Positions 9,561 to 21,218 of a stretch of DNA of 64,000 nt are shown piece after piece. The DNA lies in the NCBI GenBank assembly GCA_050485825.1, contig JBJHCC010000010.1:23895-87894 (forward strand), written 5' to 3'. The notes under the pieces are model-generated. The model had not been told where the DNA came from and searched no databases. It saw only the letters and a list, made by a program, of their open reading frames with translations. Each line of letters opens with the position of its first letter. Positions within the stretch are counted from its first letter, which is position 1. Source of the stretch: Gammaproteobacteria bacterium (GTDB lineage: Bacteria > Pseudomonadota > Gammaproteobacteria > Xanthomonadales > Wenzhouxiangellaceae). A program made the position numbers and the translations under genes.

Positions 9561-10084
9561 ATCAGACTCCACTGCAGCGCGCAATCGCCTGTCTCCGGAT
9601 CGCCGATATCTGGCAACACAGCGTAACGGCGTCGATCAGCGAGGAGCTCGAGGCACAAGAACGTTTCCCGGAAAACCCGGATACGCTCTACAAGCACATC
9701 GTGGTTCGTTCGTTGTGGGGCGGTACCGAAGGTGATTCCGGGCCATTTGTTTTCCGCGTCTACATTGCAGTCGGCGTTCGCTTTGTGGACAAGTCTGGAG
9801 ATTCAGTCGGCGAAGATTCGGCGGCTGATCACGACAAGCCTGGCGCGGACGGAAGTGTACTGGCCCAGATCGAGGCGACATACGTTGCCCAGTACCATTC
9901 TGACACCGATCCCGGCCAGGATGCCTTGGAGGCGTTCGCCCTCCAGAATGCCAGCTATCACGTCTGGCCCTACTGGCGAGAATTCCTGGCATCCCAATGC
10001 GCCCGCATGAACCTGCCAAGACTCAGCCTTCCACTGCAAAGCCTGGCAGGCAACCACGGCGCATCAAGAACAGAAGCTTCCTGA
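9557..10084 (+). CDS. SecB-like chaperone (third gene of a TAC module)
   Basis: C-terminal NASYHVWPYWREFLASQCARMNLPRLSLP matches the SecB pattern (PYxRE...R...P.L.L); ATGA-coupled to hicB. Confidence 0.75.
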   Translation: MNQTPLQRAIACLRIADIWQHSVTASISEELEAQERFPENPDTLYKHIVVRSLWGGTEGDSGPFVFRVYIAVGVRFVDKSGDSVGEDSAADHDKPGADGSVLAQIEATYVAQYHSDTDPGQDALEAFALQNASYHVWPYWREFLASQCARMNLPRLSLPLQSLAGNHGASRTEAS

Positions 10085-10101
10085 CCCGAAATCGATTGGG
10101 G

Positions 10102-10626
<525 letters not shown>

Positions 10627-11568
10627 GTGGAACTCGCCAAAGCCAAGATCTATGTTGCTGGCCACACCGGCCTTGTCGGAGCCGCCATAACCCGCCGTCT
10701 GCAAACCGAAGGCGCGGAAAAACTAATCCAGCGGACCAGCAAGGACCTGGACCTCCGCAACCAAGCCCAGGTCGAGACCTTCTTCGCGGCCGAAAAGCCC
10801 GAAATCGTCTTCCTCGCCGCCGCCAAAGTCGGCGGCATCCACGCCAACAACACCTATCCCGCCGAGTTTATCCACGACAATCTGGCCATCCAGACCAACG
10901 TCATCCACTCGGCCTGGAAAAACGGCGTGAAAAAACTCTGTTTCCTCGGCTCCTCCTGCATCTACCCCAAACATGCACCCCAGCCGATGAAAGAAGAACA
11001 CCTGCTCACCGGCTCGCTGGAACCCACCAACGAGTGGTACGCCATCGCCAAAATCGCCGGCATCAAAATGTGCCAGGCCTACCGCCGCCAGTACGGATTC
11101 GACGCCATCAGCCTGATGCCGACCAACCTGTACGGCCCCGGCGACAGCTTCCACCCGGAAAACAGCCACGTGCTGCCCGCCCTGATTCGCCGTTTCCACG
11201 AGGCAAAAGAGCAGGGCGCCGACAAGGTCACCATCTGGGGTACTGGTACGCCGAGGCGTGAATTCCTCCATGTCAACGACCTGGCTGAAGCCGCAGTGCA
11301 CATGGTCCAGCACTACAGCGACGAAGCAATCGTCAACATCGGCGCCAGTGAAGACATCACCATCCTCGAACTCGCCCACCTCATCGCCGAAATCATCGGC
11401 TATCAGGGCAAAATCGAAACCGACCCAAGCAAACCCGACGGCACCCCAAGAAAACTCCTGGACGTCACTCGGGCAAAAGAGTTGGGCTGGCAAGCCAAAG
11501 TCGACCTGCGAACCGGAATCGAACAAACCCACAACTGGTACAAAACCAGCCAATGGATCAGGATCTGA
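10627..11568 (+). CDS. fcl: GDP-L-fucose synthase
   Basis: [55 protein letters not shown]. Confidence 0.97.
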   Translation: MELAKAKIYVAGHTGLVGAAITRRLQTEGAEKLIQRTSKDLDLRNQAQVETFFAAEKPEIVFLAAAKVGGIHANNTYPAEFIHDNLAIQTNVIHSAWKNGVKKLCFLGSSCIYPKHAPQPMKEEHLLTGSLEPTNEWYAIAKIAGIKMCQAYRRQYGFDAISLMPTNLYGPGDSFHPENSHVLPALIRRFHEAKEQGADKVTIWGTGTPRREFLHVNDLAEAAVHMVQHYSDEAIVNIGASEDITILELAHLIAEIIGYQGKIETDPSKPDGTPRKLLDVTRAKELGWQAKVDLRTGIEQTHNWYKTSQWIRI

Positions 11569-11570
11569 TC

Positions 11571-11703
11571 CCGTAAACCTGAACCCTGAACCCTGAACCC
11601 TGAACCCTGAACCCTGAACCCTGAACCCTGAACCCTGAACCCTGAAACCTGAAACCTGAAACCTGAAACCTGAAACCTGAAACCTGAAACCTGAAACCTG
11701 AAA
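11571..11703 (+). repeat. 19-unit heptamer array: CCGTAAA + (CCTGAAC)9 + (CCTGAAA)9
   Basis: Counted directly; ends 1 bp before the next ATG. Confidence 0.97.
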
Positions 11704-11704
11704 A

Positions 11705-12003
11705 ATGCGCCTAACCCCCACCCAAATCGACCTCATCAAGCAATCCGCCGAACAAACCTTCGGCCCTGAGGCTTCGGTCTGGCTGTTCGGCTCGCGGGTC
11801 GACGACACCCGGCGCGGCGGGGATATCGACCTCTACCTCGAACTCCCGCCCATGGATCCCGAGGCGCAGCGCAAACTGGAGACACGATTCTGGGTTCGCT
11901 TGCAACGCGTGCTGGGGGAGCGAAAAATCGACATCGTCAGCCACAGGCATGGCGCACCCCTTCGTCCCATAGACGAACAAGCGCGTAGCAGCGGCATCAG
12001 GCT

Positions 12004-12007
<4 letters not shown>
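11705..12007 (+). CDS. Minimal nucleotidyltransferase (MNT) antitoxin
   Basis: WLFGSRVDDTRRGGDIDL (GS...DxD) motif, 100 aa. Confidence 0.9.
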
Positions 12008-12595
<588 letters not shown>

Positions 12596-12599
12596 TCCC

Positions 12600-14372
12600 G
12601 TGTCCCCTCCCCCCCAATCCCTAAGCTCCCTCCTCCGCGCCTTCCTCCCCCATGTCCCCCAGCGGAGAAAAACACAGTTCGGCCTGCTGATGGTGCTGAT
12701 GCTGGTCGGGGCCGTGGCGGAGCTGGTGACGATCGGGGCGGTCATCCCATTCATTGCGCTGCTGGCTGATCCGGGCCGCGCGATGGAGTTTCAGCAGCTT
12801 CAACAGCTGTTCCAGGTCCTTGGCTGGACCGAGCCTGAGGACATGATGCTTCCAATGACGATCCTTTTCATTGCGATTGTCATCGTATCCTCCGCTATCC
12901 GCTTGTTGCTGACCTGGTCCAAGAATCGATTCACGTTTGGCTTGGGGTTCGATATCGGCGTTCAGCTCTACGAGAAGGTCCTGCTCCAGCCCTACCATTG
13001 GCATATCGCCCGCAATAGCAGCAAGACCATTGCAGCAGTCAACAAGGTCCAGTTTGTAGTCAACGGAGTGCTGACGCCGATCATGCAGGCCATCATCAGT
13101 TTGGTGACCGGATCGGCGATCGTTGCGCTGCTACTGTTCATTGAGCCTCGGGCTGCGTTGACGGCTGCGCTTGTATTTGGCATGTTCTACCTGACGGTGG
13201 TTCGCCTGATGCGCGTGCGCCTGCGACGCAATAGCAAGATTATTGCCGCGGCGCAAACGGCCCGGATAAAGGCGGTGCAAGAGGGCTTGGGCGGAATCCG
13301 GGATGTGCTGCTGGACTCGAGCCAGCCATTTTATAAGCAGCACTATGAGCGAGTTGACCAACGTTTGCGTCACGCCCAATCGATTAACGCCTTTATCGCG
13401 GCAGCGCCTCGCTTCATCATCGAACCGATCGGAATTACCTTGATCGTAGGGCTCGCGTTCTACCTTTCCCGAACGCCTGGCGGTCTGATTGCTGCGCTAC
13501 CGACTCTGGGCGCCCTTGCTCTGGGCGCCCAACGGCTTCTGCCCCTGCTCCAGGAGCTCTACAACGGCTGGTCCAAGGTCATGGGGAACCGCCAGAACTT
13601 TGCCGATGTTCTCGAATACCTTGACTTGCCTGTCCCTTCGGGCAGCGAAACTGAGCAAAGCAATGAACTTCCCTTCCAAAAGGGCATTCAGCTCGAGGGT
13701 GTTCGCTACCGCTACCGCGACGGCGCTCCCTGGGTCCTGGGCGGAATTGACCTGAGCATCCCGCGAGGATCCCGAATCGGAATCGCCGGCATTACCGGTA
13801 GCGGAAAAACAACCCTGATGGACGTATTGATGGGGCTGCTGGAGCCTGTTGAGGGCCGGATGCTCGTCGACGATGAACCACTGACCGCGAATAACCGAAA
13901 GGCCTGGCAACGGCGCGTGGCGCATGTGCCACAGGTGATTTTTCTGGCGGATGCCACAATCGCGGAGAACATCGCATTCGGAGTTCCTAAACGCAATATC
14001 GACATGGAGCGCGTGCGTCTTGCGGCGCAGCGCGCGCAAATCGCGGACTTCATCGAGGCCCGAGAAGGTGGTTACGAGGCACGAGTCGGGGAGCGCGGTA
14101 TCCAACTTTCTGGCGGGCAGCGCCAGCGCGTCGGTATTGCCCGAGCCCTTTACAAGAACGCAGATGTGCTGGTTTTCGACGAGGCGACCAGTGCGCTGGA
14201 CGACAAAACCGAAAACGCCGTCATGGACGCCATCAACAGTCTGGACACGGATCTGACCATCATGTTGATCGCACACCGCGTCAGTACCTTGAAGAGTTGC
14301 AGCCAGATTGTTGTGCTGCGAGAAGGTTACATCCTTGATTCGGGCTCGTATGAGCAGGTCTTTCCTCAATAG
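12600..14372 (+). CDS. ABC transporter, fused TMD+NBD (PglK/HetA-like glycan flippase)
   Basis: Six-TM domain, GITGSGKTT, LSGGQRQR, VFDEATSALD. Confidence 0.9.
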   Translation: MSPPPQSLSSLLRAFLPHVPQRRKTQFGLLMVLMLVGAVAELVTIGAVIPFIALLADPGRAMEFQQLQQLFQVLGWTEPEDMMLPMTILFIAIVIVSSAIRLLLTWSKNRFTFGLGFDIGVQLYEKVLLQPYHWHIARNSSKTIAAVNKVQFVVNGVLTPIMQAIISLVTGSAIVALLLFIEPRAALTAALVFGMFYLTVVRLMRVRLRRNSKIIAAAQTARIKAVQEGLGGIRDVLLDSSQPFYKQHYERVDQRLRHAQSINAFIAAAPRFIIEPIGITLIVGLAFYLSRTPGGLIAALPTLGALALGAQRLLPLLQELYNGWSKVMGNRQNFADVLEYLDLPVPSGSETEQSNELPFQKGIQLEGVRYRYRDGAPWVLGGIDLSIPRGSRIGIAGITGSGKTTLMDVLMGLLEPVEGRMLVDDEPLTANNRKAWQRRVAHVPQVIFLADATIAENIAFGVPKRNIDMERVRLAAQRAQIADFIEAREGGYEARVGERGIQLSGGQRQRVGIARALYKNADVLVFDEATSALDDKTENAVMDAINSLDTDLTIMLIAHRVSTLKSCSQIVVLREGYILDSGSYEQVFPQ

Positions 14373-14469
14373 CTGCGCCAGGGCTTTCACGAAGTGCCTA
14401 AGACGAAGCCGCGCCGGCGCGACAAAACCCCAAGCCAATAGTCTCCGCTAGAAATCGAAAGGAAGAACC

Positions 14470-15006
14470 ATGCTTTATCTTGGCAAGTCATTCCAAGGCC
14501 ATTGGGAGGATCGAATTGATGGCCTCTTTGACATGGGTGTTGAGTTTCAAGCCGCGTCCGTTCTTGATATCGGATGCAACATGGGTATTGTCGGTTACGA
14601 AGTTTGCAAGCATGGACCGGTAGCGTATTGCGGGGTCGAAGGCAGCCGAGTCCACGCCTTTGTTGCGGAAATGATATTCAAGGGCGTCAGTACCCCGAGC
14701 CGAATAGTATGGGGGAACATAACCAAGCCCTCCGTCCGCAAAAAGCTGTTTGAACAGCGTTACGATGTTGTTCTCTACCTGGCCGTTCATCAACACATCA
14801 GAAAGCAGGTGGGTCAGGCTGTCGCAGCAGATGTTCTGTCGGACTTGTTCGAGCACTGCACAAAAACACTTGTCTTCCGTGGACCAGACCTTGAAGAGGT
14901 TTCGGAGATGGCCAAGCGTCACGGATTCGTTCTCGGAGAAACTGGCGAGAAAAGCCGTGTCCATCGCCTGAGTCTTTTCCACCGCGAACAGACTACAGGA
15001 ACATAG
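14470..15006 (+). CDS. Class I SAM-dependent methyltransferase
   Basis: VLDIGCNMG motif I; YDVVLYLAV. Confidence 0.75.
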   Translation: MLYLGKSFQGHWEDRIDGLFDMGVEFQAASVLDIGCNMGIVGYEVCKHGPVAYCGVEGSRVHAFVAEMIFKGVSTPSRIVWGNITKPSVRKKLFEQRYDVVLYLAVHQHIRKQVGQAVAADVLSDLFEHCTKTLVFRGPDLEEVSEMAKRHGFVLGETGEKSRVHRLSLFHREQTTGT

Positions 15007-15110
15007 AGCGCAAGCTCGTCTCGAAGGTGTCGCGCCTGCTGACATGAATTCACATGGCGACAAGAAATCGGCCCCTTTTGTCTTTCATTAGCAATTGAAG
15101 AGTTCATTGA

Positions 15111-15941
15111 ATGTTCGTCAGCGAGAAGCTGGTCTTCCTGCAGATGCAGAAGTGTGCGGGTACCCACATCGCTGCTCTGTTGGAGCGCCATATCGGAGGA
15201 GAGCGGCGCGGCAAACACTCGCCCTTGGCCGTCCCCGCCCCCGAAAAGCTTGTAGTGGGTTCGATACGCAACCCTTGGGACTGGTATGTGTCCCTGTGGG
15301 CGTATGGCTGTAGCGACCGCGGGGGAGTCCAAGGCCGGCTCAAGAAAAGCCGCGCCGCCGCGGTTGAGCGCATTATGCGTACTTCCTACTCCCAGCCGGA
15401 ACGCTGGCGGCCCGCCTGGTTCGAGATCAAACAGCACCTGAGTCGTGATGTCGAGTTCTGGCGCGATTGCTATGCGGATGCCAACGATGCGGCTGCATTC
15501 CGTCGTTGGTTGATCGCCATTCTTTCTCCGGAGGGTCAGCGATTTATGGGGGCAGACTATGCGGAACGGCCGCTGGCGGAGTTCATGGGCTTCTTCACCT
15601 ACCGCTTTGCCACTGTGTTTACCCCGAAAGCGCTTTGGCAAAAGCACGCTGCAAGCATTCGAGCGCCTGCCGACGTCGCCGCCTTTCTCGAAGCTCACTG
15701 TGCGGTTCAGCGATTCATCCGGACCGAACGTCTCGAGGACGATCTTGCGGCTGTCCTGGCTGAAATCGGGCGGCCCGACATCACCGCCGAAACGCTGCGC
15801 GGAGATCGGATCAACGCTTCGCGCCGAAAAGGGATGGACGCCTACTATGACTCACAGACCCTAGACTTGGTGGCCCGGGCCGAGTCCGCTCTGATCGCGA
15901 AGTTCGACTATGCCCCTCCAGGCGAGATTTGCGAGGCTTGA
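15111..15941 (+). CDS. Sulfotransferase-like protein
   Basis: VFLQMQKCAGT (5'-PSB-like) and IRNPWDWYVS (3'-PB-like). Confidence 0.7.
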   Translation: MFVSEKLVFLQMQKCAGTHIAALLERHIGGERRGKHSPLAVPAPEKLVVGSIRNPWDWYVSLWAYGCSDRGGVQGRLKKSRAAAVERIMRTSYSQPERWRPAWFEIKQHLSRDVEFWRDCYADANDAAAFRRWLIAILSPEGQRFMGADYAERPLAEFMGFFTYRFATVFTPKALWQKHAASIRAPADVAAFLEAHCAVQRFIRTERLEDDLAAVLAEIGRPDITAETLRGDRINASRRKGMDAYYDSQTLDLVARAESALIAKFDYAPPGEICEA

Positions 15942-16014
15942 GCCATAAAGCTTCGCCAATTGAATGAGTGCCGGACCGCCGTGATGCTCAGAACGCCCAA
16001 AGTCGCCAGGCCTG

Positions 16015-16995
16015 ATGGGATTCTCAGGCTACATCGGCTGGCGTCGGCGCAGTCCTTCAAACGTAGTTGTTGAGACCAAGGCCGTGCTGTTTCATATTGG
16101 ATACCACAAAACCGGTACCACCTTCCTGCAGAAGAGCTTCTTCGAGCGCTTTGAATGCTTTCTTCGGGTGCCGCAGCGGAAGATTTTCCATGAGTTGATC
16201 TATCCTCACGATTTCACCTTCGATACGGCCAGAGCGACGGACTTCGTCCAGACCGCACAAAATTCCGCGGCCTCACGAAACGCAGTCGCTGTGTTCTCAA
16301 ACGAACGGCTTTCCGGCGGTCCGCACTCGGGAGGTTACGACTCGCTCCAGATTCTGCATCGAATCAAGGCCTGCGCGCCTGAGGCCAGAATTCTGGTTTT
16401 CGTACGTGAGCAGAAAGCGATGCTTCTCTCGATGTACGCGCAGTATGTCAGGGGCGTGGGATGCTTGTCGCTCCAGGAATACTGTGGATCGAGCAGAATC
16501 AACCATCGGAAGGAACTCTTTCAGCCGATCTATCTTGATTTCGAGCTGCTGGTCAGAGCCTACAAGAACGAATTCGAGCGCGTCATGGTTCTGCCCTTCG
16601 AGCAGCTGGTGGCGGACTACAAGTCGGTACTGCGGTCAGTGCTTGCCGTATCGGGTCTGCCTGAGGAGCACTGGCCCGATGTGGATGCAGTCAGCAGTGC
16701 GTCCAAGAACAAGTCTCGCGCCCCGTCGCAGCAGCGCCTGGATCGTTACCTGCACCCGCTGCGCTCCCCAATCATTCCGCATGTGGGCACGACCTACTAT
16801 TCCCGTTTTTCACGAATTGTCGCCGGCGGAATATCGAGGACCGCCGCCCTGCTTCCGTTGGGATGGTTGGACAATCGCTTGAAGCGAAAAGACAAGGCTT
16901 TCATCAACAGTTTTGTCGAGGACAGGTTCGAAGAGAGCAACAAGCGCCTCGCCGATCTGATCGGTGTAGACCTTTCTCAGTATGGCTACTATTGA
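16015..16995 (+). CDS. Sulfotransferase family protein
   Basis: FHIGYHKTGTTFLQ; VFVREQKAMLLSMY. Confidence 0.78.
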   Translation: MGFSGYIGWRRRSPSNVVVETKAVLFHIGYHKTGTTFLQKSFFERFECFLRVPQRKIFHELIYPHDFTFDTARATDFVQTAQNSAASRNAVAVFSNERLSGGPHSGGYDSLQILHRIKACAPEARILVFVREQKAMLLSMYAQYVRGVGCLSLQEYCGSSRINHRKELFQPIYLDFELLVRAYKNEFERVMVLPFEQLVADYKSVLRSVLAVSGLPEEHWPDVDAVSSASKNKSRAPSQQRLDRYLHPLRSPIIPHVGTTYYSRFSRIVAGGISRTAALLPLGWLDNRLKRKDKAFINSFVEDRFEESNKRLADLIGVDLSQYGYY

Positions 16996-17050
16996 GGCGC
17001 TCAAGGAGTCAGCCGGCTGTTGGCCGGTGACTGCGCCGTGTGCGGCCTGA

Positions 17051-17887
17051 ATGGGAAGTATCTTTTCCTATTGGCACCAGGGGTCCGCAGCGGCTCCCGA
17101 AGTCGTCAAGCTGTGTTTCAATTCGCTGGAACGATCGAGCGGAGACTGGAGTCTGCAGCTGCTGTCCGAGGACTCCGTCGCCCAGTATATCGACGACCTG
17201 GGTTTGCCGCCGGCAGTCCTGGAAAGGCTCTCGCTTGCACACCGATCCGACCTGCTCCGAACGCAGCTCCTCATCAGGTACGGCGGAATATGGGCCGATG
17301 CGACCGTCTTTTCCAATCAGGACTTTTCTTCCTGGGTCCCGCCGCTGCTCGAGCCGGCCGGCCTGTTCATGTTTCACCGTCCCGGCCCTGATCGTGAGAT
17401 TTCCAACTGGTTTATCGCTGCAGAAGCGCAGCACCCCATCTTGCTCAAGCTGAATGAACGCCTGCTGGATTTCTGGTCCGCCACCACTTTTCGAACCTAC
17501 GGACGCGATTACACCCAGCTCGACCGGCTCCTGTTTCGTGCTATCAATCGCAATCGCTGGGCGCCCCGATTCTGGACCTGGGCGCCGGTCCGCCGGGCGC
17601 TGCGGGTGTTTCCCTACATGATCTATCACTACCTGTTCTACGATCTGGTCTCAAGCGACCGCAGAATGAAGGCGCTATGGGCAAAGGTGCCGAAGCTCAG
17701 TGCCGACGGTCCGCACGCGCTGCTTCGGGCGGGATTGCTGTCTCCGGCCGGCCCTGCCGCTCGTCAGTTGATTGATGCCCCAGTTTCTCCGGTTTACAAG
17801 CTGAAGTGGCGTCTGGGCTCTGAGGCCATTCCGGAGGACTCGGTTCTGGGGCTGCTTCGCTCCAGTGCCAAGGCCGGGGTAGTTTGA
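17051..17887 (+). CDS. Capsular polysaccharide synthesis protein (DxD glycosyltransferase, GT32-like)
   Basis: YWHQG, RSDLLRTQLLIRYGGIWADAT, NWFIAA. Confidence 0.8.
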   Translation: MGSIFSYWHQGSAAAPEVVKLCFNSLERSSGDWSLQLLSEDSVAQYIDDLGLPPAVLERLSLAHRSDLLRTQLLIRYGGIWADATVFSNQDFSSWVPPLLEPAGLFMFHRPGPDREISNWFIAAEAQHPILLKLNERLLDFWSATTFRTYGRDYTQLDRLLFRAINRNRWAPRFWTWAPVRRALRVFPYMIYHYLFYDLVSSDRRMKALWAKVPKLSADGPHALLRAGLLSPAGPAARQLIDAPVSPVYKLKWRLGSEAIPEDSVLGLLRSSAKAGVV

Positions 17888-18627
17888 GTATGGCGCGCAA
17901 ACAAGCTCTCAAGCCCAGAGTCTTCTGTGTCGGCTGGCACAAAACCGGCACGACGACTTTGGGGCTGGCCCTGCTGCAGCTCGGCTATTCCGTTGTCGGG
18001 TGTCGGATGGATATGGTCCACCCGCTGGTGCGCGGGGATCTGGAGACGGTGATTCGGACCGCCGGCGAATTCGACGCGCTGCAGGATATTCCCTGGGCGG
18101 CCCTGTTCAGGGAGCTGGACGCCGCCTATCCGGGCAGCAAGTTCATACTGTTGGAGAGAGACGAGGAGTCCTGGCTGGCCAGCGCCACCCGGCATTTCAA
18201 GGACGCGGAGATACCGCTCCACAAGTGGCTGTACGGCGAAGGGCGGCTTGCTGGCAACGAAGCGCTCTACCTGGAGCGCTTCCGCCGCCATAACCGGGAA
18301 GTGAAGGCCTATTTTGCCGACCGCCCTAGAGACCTGTTGGTGATGAAGCTGGCCGACGGCGATTCCTGGCCGCTGCTCTGTGAGTTTCTCGATTGCCCCG
18401 TGCCCACTGCGCGGTTCCCCCACGAGAACAAGGGGCCGCAAAGCTGGACGGGTCAGGATCGAATGGTGCACGCGGCAAGGCGCTTTATCCCGGAGGTTAT
18501 CCGTAAACAAGTGTTCGCCATTCGGCTCGCCTTTCGGCGATGGACTGGGCGGCCCGACCCCCGCGATCGCTTCAACAACTATAACGAGAACCGCCGTGAG
18601 CGGGCGCGCCACAAGGTGGAGATCTAG
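17884..18627 (+). CDS. Sulfotransferase family protein
   Basis: VFCVGWHKTGTTTL, DIPW, FILLERDEESWLAS, WPLLCEFL, FPHEN. Start may be ATG 17890. Confidence 0.82.
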   Translation: MSMARKQALKPRVFCVGWHKTGTTTLGLALLQLGYSVVGCRMDMVHPLVRGDLETVIRTAGEFDALQDIPWAALFRELDAAYPGSKFILLERDEESWLASATRHFKDAEIPLHKWLYGEGRLAGNEALYLERFRRHNREVKAYFADRPRDLLVMKLADGDSWPLLCEFLDCPVPTARFPHENKGPQSWTGQDRMVHAARRFIPEVIRKQVFAIRLAFRRWTGRPDPRDRFNNYNENRRERARHKVEI

Positions 18628-18629
18628 CG

Positions 18630-19997
18630 ATGTTGCGACCACGGAGTCAACCGGGCGCTGCCAAAAGCATTCGCAACGAGCCGGCTGTAGAGAATGTTCT
18701 TCCGCACGGCAAGCAGTGGTACGCACAGGCCGTTTTGAAGGCGATGCTGATTCCGGCTTTGCTTCTTGTGGATCTATTTAAGCGCAAGACCGAAGGAGAG
18801 CAGCGCTTCCTGATTTGGCTGTTCTTTTTGGTCTTCGGTATAACCTTTGTCATGGGTGGGGATGCCATCCGTCATCAGGCTAGGGTCGAGTTTCACTTTT
18901 CCATAATGACCTTCGGGCAGTTTCTCGAAGACATTTGGCGAATGTTGACATTTCGCACGGCGCAGTATGGCGCACGTGATGTTTACAACCATGTCATCAG
19001 CTATTTGTTCGGCCGAATCCTGGGGGTTCCGGAGCTTTATATGCCATTCGTTTCGGCGTTCTATGGATACTTCTTCGCCGGATCGGTTGTGTTGGTGCTG
19101 CGTCACCTCAAGCTAAGCCGCTTGAATTATGTGTTGGTGGCCCTCATCCTGCTCTTCCTTTTCATCCAGGGTCTTCAGGGCGTTCAAACGGTCAGAACCT
19201 GGACCGGGATGTGGGTGTTGGTATACGCCTGCCTGAAATACTATGAAACGAGGCGCCTGGGATATCTGCTCCTGATGTTTACGCCGCCCTTGTTTCACTT
19301 TGGCTACTGGCTGATGGCGATCCCCGCCTGGATTGTCCTGGTGTATGGAAGCCGACCCCTGCTCTACACAAGTCTTTTGGCGGTTTCTTCCTTTACCGCA
19401 TTCATTCCGGCGCAGCCAGTAACTAGCCTGGTCGAACGAACTGAAAGAGGCGCTGATTCGCTGACCTGGTATCAGAGAGAGGAACAGATTGACCGCCTGG
19501 CAGCCTTCGAAACCCGGCTTGGCGAGACCAACTGGTATAACGCCTACCGGCGCGCTGGTTTGCAACGATGGGCGCCTACGATTCTGGTGCTGACCGTATT
19601 TCTTTCAGGTCTGTACAACAGGGGCATGAGTCCCTACCAGCGACGAATATTTTCAGTCGGGGTACTCACGCTCGCCTTTTCCAATCTGACCTGGTTCATT
19701 TGGGCCGTACATAATCGGACCTTGATCATCGCATCAATTTTTATTCTGGCCGGATTTCTGATGGCCAGGCTGGACCCGAGCACATCGGCCAACTTCCGTC
19801 GATTACCGCCCTACTACCAATGGGGTTTGCACCTGTCCTTGCTATTCTGGTTCCCGCTATTTCTGTTTGTCGTGTCTGTGACCTTCGATAGACTGAGCTT
19901 GTTCGCCTTCTTTGCGCCTTTTCTTGTTGTGATCGAACCCGGCCTCAATATGTCGATGAAAGAAGCTCTGAACCTGTTGCTCCGAAGAGGCGGTTAG
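18630..19997 (+). CDS. Polytopic membrane protein, EpsG/Wzy-like polymerase
   Basis: About 10 hydrophobic segments; FHFGYW pattern; mid-operon position. Confidence 0.6.
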   Translation: MLRPRSQPGAAKSIRNEPAVENVLPHGKQWYAQAVLKAMLIPALLLVDLFKRKTEGEQRFLIWLFFLVFGITFVMGGDAIRHQARVEFHFSIMTFGQFLEDIWRMLTFRTAQYGARDVYNHVISYLFGRILGVPELYMPFVSAFYGYFFAGSVVLVLRHLKLSRLNYVLVALILLFLFIQGLQGVQTVRTWTGMWVLVYACLKYYETRRLGYLLLMFTPPLFHFGYWLMAIPAWIVLVYGSRPLLYTSLLAVSSFTAFIPAQPVTSLVERTERGADSLTWYQREEQIDRLAAFETRLGETNWYNAYRRAGLQRWAPTILVLTVFLSGLYNRGMSPYQRRIFSVGVLTLAFSNLTWFIWAVHNRTLIIASIFILAGFLMARLDPSTSANFRRLPPYYQWGLHLSLLFWFPLFLFVVSVTFDRLSLFAFFAPFLVVIEPGLNMSMKEALNLLLRRGG

Positions 19998-20009
19998 GAG
20001 CTGGGGGTC

Positions 20010-21218
20010 GTGCAGTCCTTGCGGATACTTCAGGTTCTCACGCCGGTCCTCCATCCCAATGGTGGCGGCGTACAGATGTCTACCTGCAAGTTGGCCCGGT
20101 ACTTCATGGAGCAGGGCTTTGCGGCTGCGGCGTTTTCCTTTGGTCTGAGAGGGCACTCGCCCCCGGAAGGTCTCTCGCTGTTTTGCGCGACTGAAGCGGG
20201 TAGTAGCAGGAACCAAGCCAATATCAGAAGCCTGGTGGCAGCGGTGGAACGATTTCAGCCGGATATCGTGATCAATCATATGCCCTACGATCCGGCGATT
20301 ACCGATGCTTTGGGCGTTTCGGGGCGATCCTATGTGCTGGTTGCCTGCCTCCGGAATACCTTATTCTCGGTGAAGGGCGATCTGGAGTCCTTCATCAGAA
20401 AGACTACGCCCCGTTTGGCCTGGCCTGCCTTGCTCACGCGCCCGGGGCGGGCGCTCATGCTGCAGCGGCATCGGCTACGACATGCGGCGCAGCTTCGGAG
20501 CATTCTTGCAAGCTATGACCGTTTCATCATGTTCGGTCCGCCAAATTTGGATGAGCTGCGCTATTTTGTGCCGGACTTTGATCCTGCCCGGGTCGCCCTG
20601 ATTCCCAACTCGATCCCTGTGGTGGCTGATTCATTGGCGAACAAGCAAACGAAAATGCTTTGGCTCGGCCGGATTGCGCGCGCCCAGAAGCGGGTTGAAT
20701 TGATCCCGGAGATCTGGCGCCAGGTAAGTGCGCGGCTGCCGGACTGGGAGCTTGATGTGGTGGGCGAGGGGCCAGACCTTGACTGGCTCAAATCCCAGGC
20801 GCAGGCGATGAAGCTGGATCGAATCAGCTTCCATGGCAGGCAGGTTCCGGACGAGTATTTTTCTCGCGCTTCGATTTTTCTCATGACCTCTTCTTTCGAG
20901 GGCTTTCCCAATACCTTGGTAGAGGCCCAGAGCCGCGGGGCAGTGCCCGTCATCTTCGACTCCTATCCGGTGGCGCACTGGATCGTAGAAAACGGTCAAA
21001 ACGGCTGGCTGATTGAACCGTTTGACACGCACGCCATGAGTCATAAGCTGGTTGAACTCGCGCAGTCCCCCGTTCTTCCGCGCATGGGAGCGGCGGCAAT
21101 CCGCAGCGCTGAGCGCTTCCTCATTGCCAATGTCGGGACCCTCTGGAAGGCGCTGTTTGCGGAAGAGTTGGCCAGGAAGACATCATCAGGAGCCAGAGCT
21201 GAGCAGGCCTGTGCCTAG
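20010..21218 (+). CDS. Glycosyltransferase family 4
   Basis: MTSSFEGFPNTLVEAQ (Ex7E). Confidence 0.9.
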   Translation: MQSLRILQVLTPVLHPNGGGVQMSTCKLARYFMEQGFAAAAFSFGLRGHSPPEGLSLFCATEAGSSRNQANIRSLVAAVERFQPDIVINHMPYDPAITDALGVSGRSYVLVACLRNTLFSVKGDLESFIRKTTPRLAWPALLTRPGRALMLQRHRLRHAAQLRSILASYDRFIMFGPPNLDELRYFVPDFDPARVALIPNSIPVVADSLANKQTKMLWLGRIARAQKRVELIPEIWRQVSARLPDWELDVVGEGPDLDWLKSQAQAMKLDRISFHGRQVPDEYFSRASIFLMTSSFEGFPNTLVEAQSRGAVPVIFDSYPVAHWIVENGQNGWLIEPFDTHAMSHKLVELAQSPVLPRMGAAAIRSAERFLIANVGTLWKALFAEELARKTSSGARAEQACA

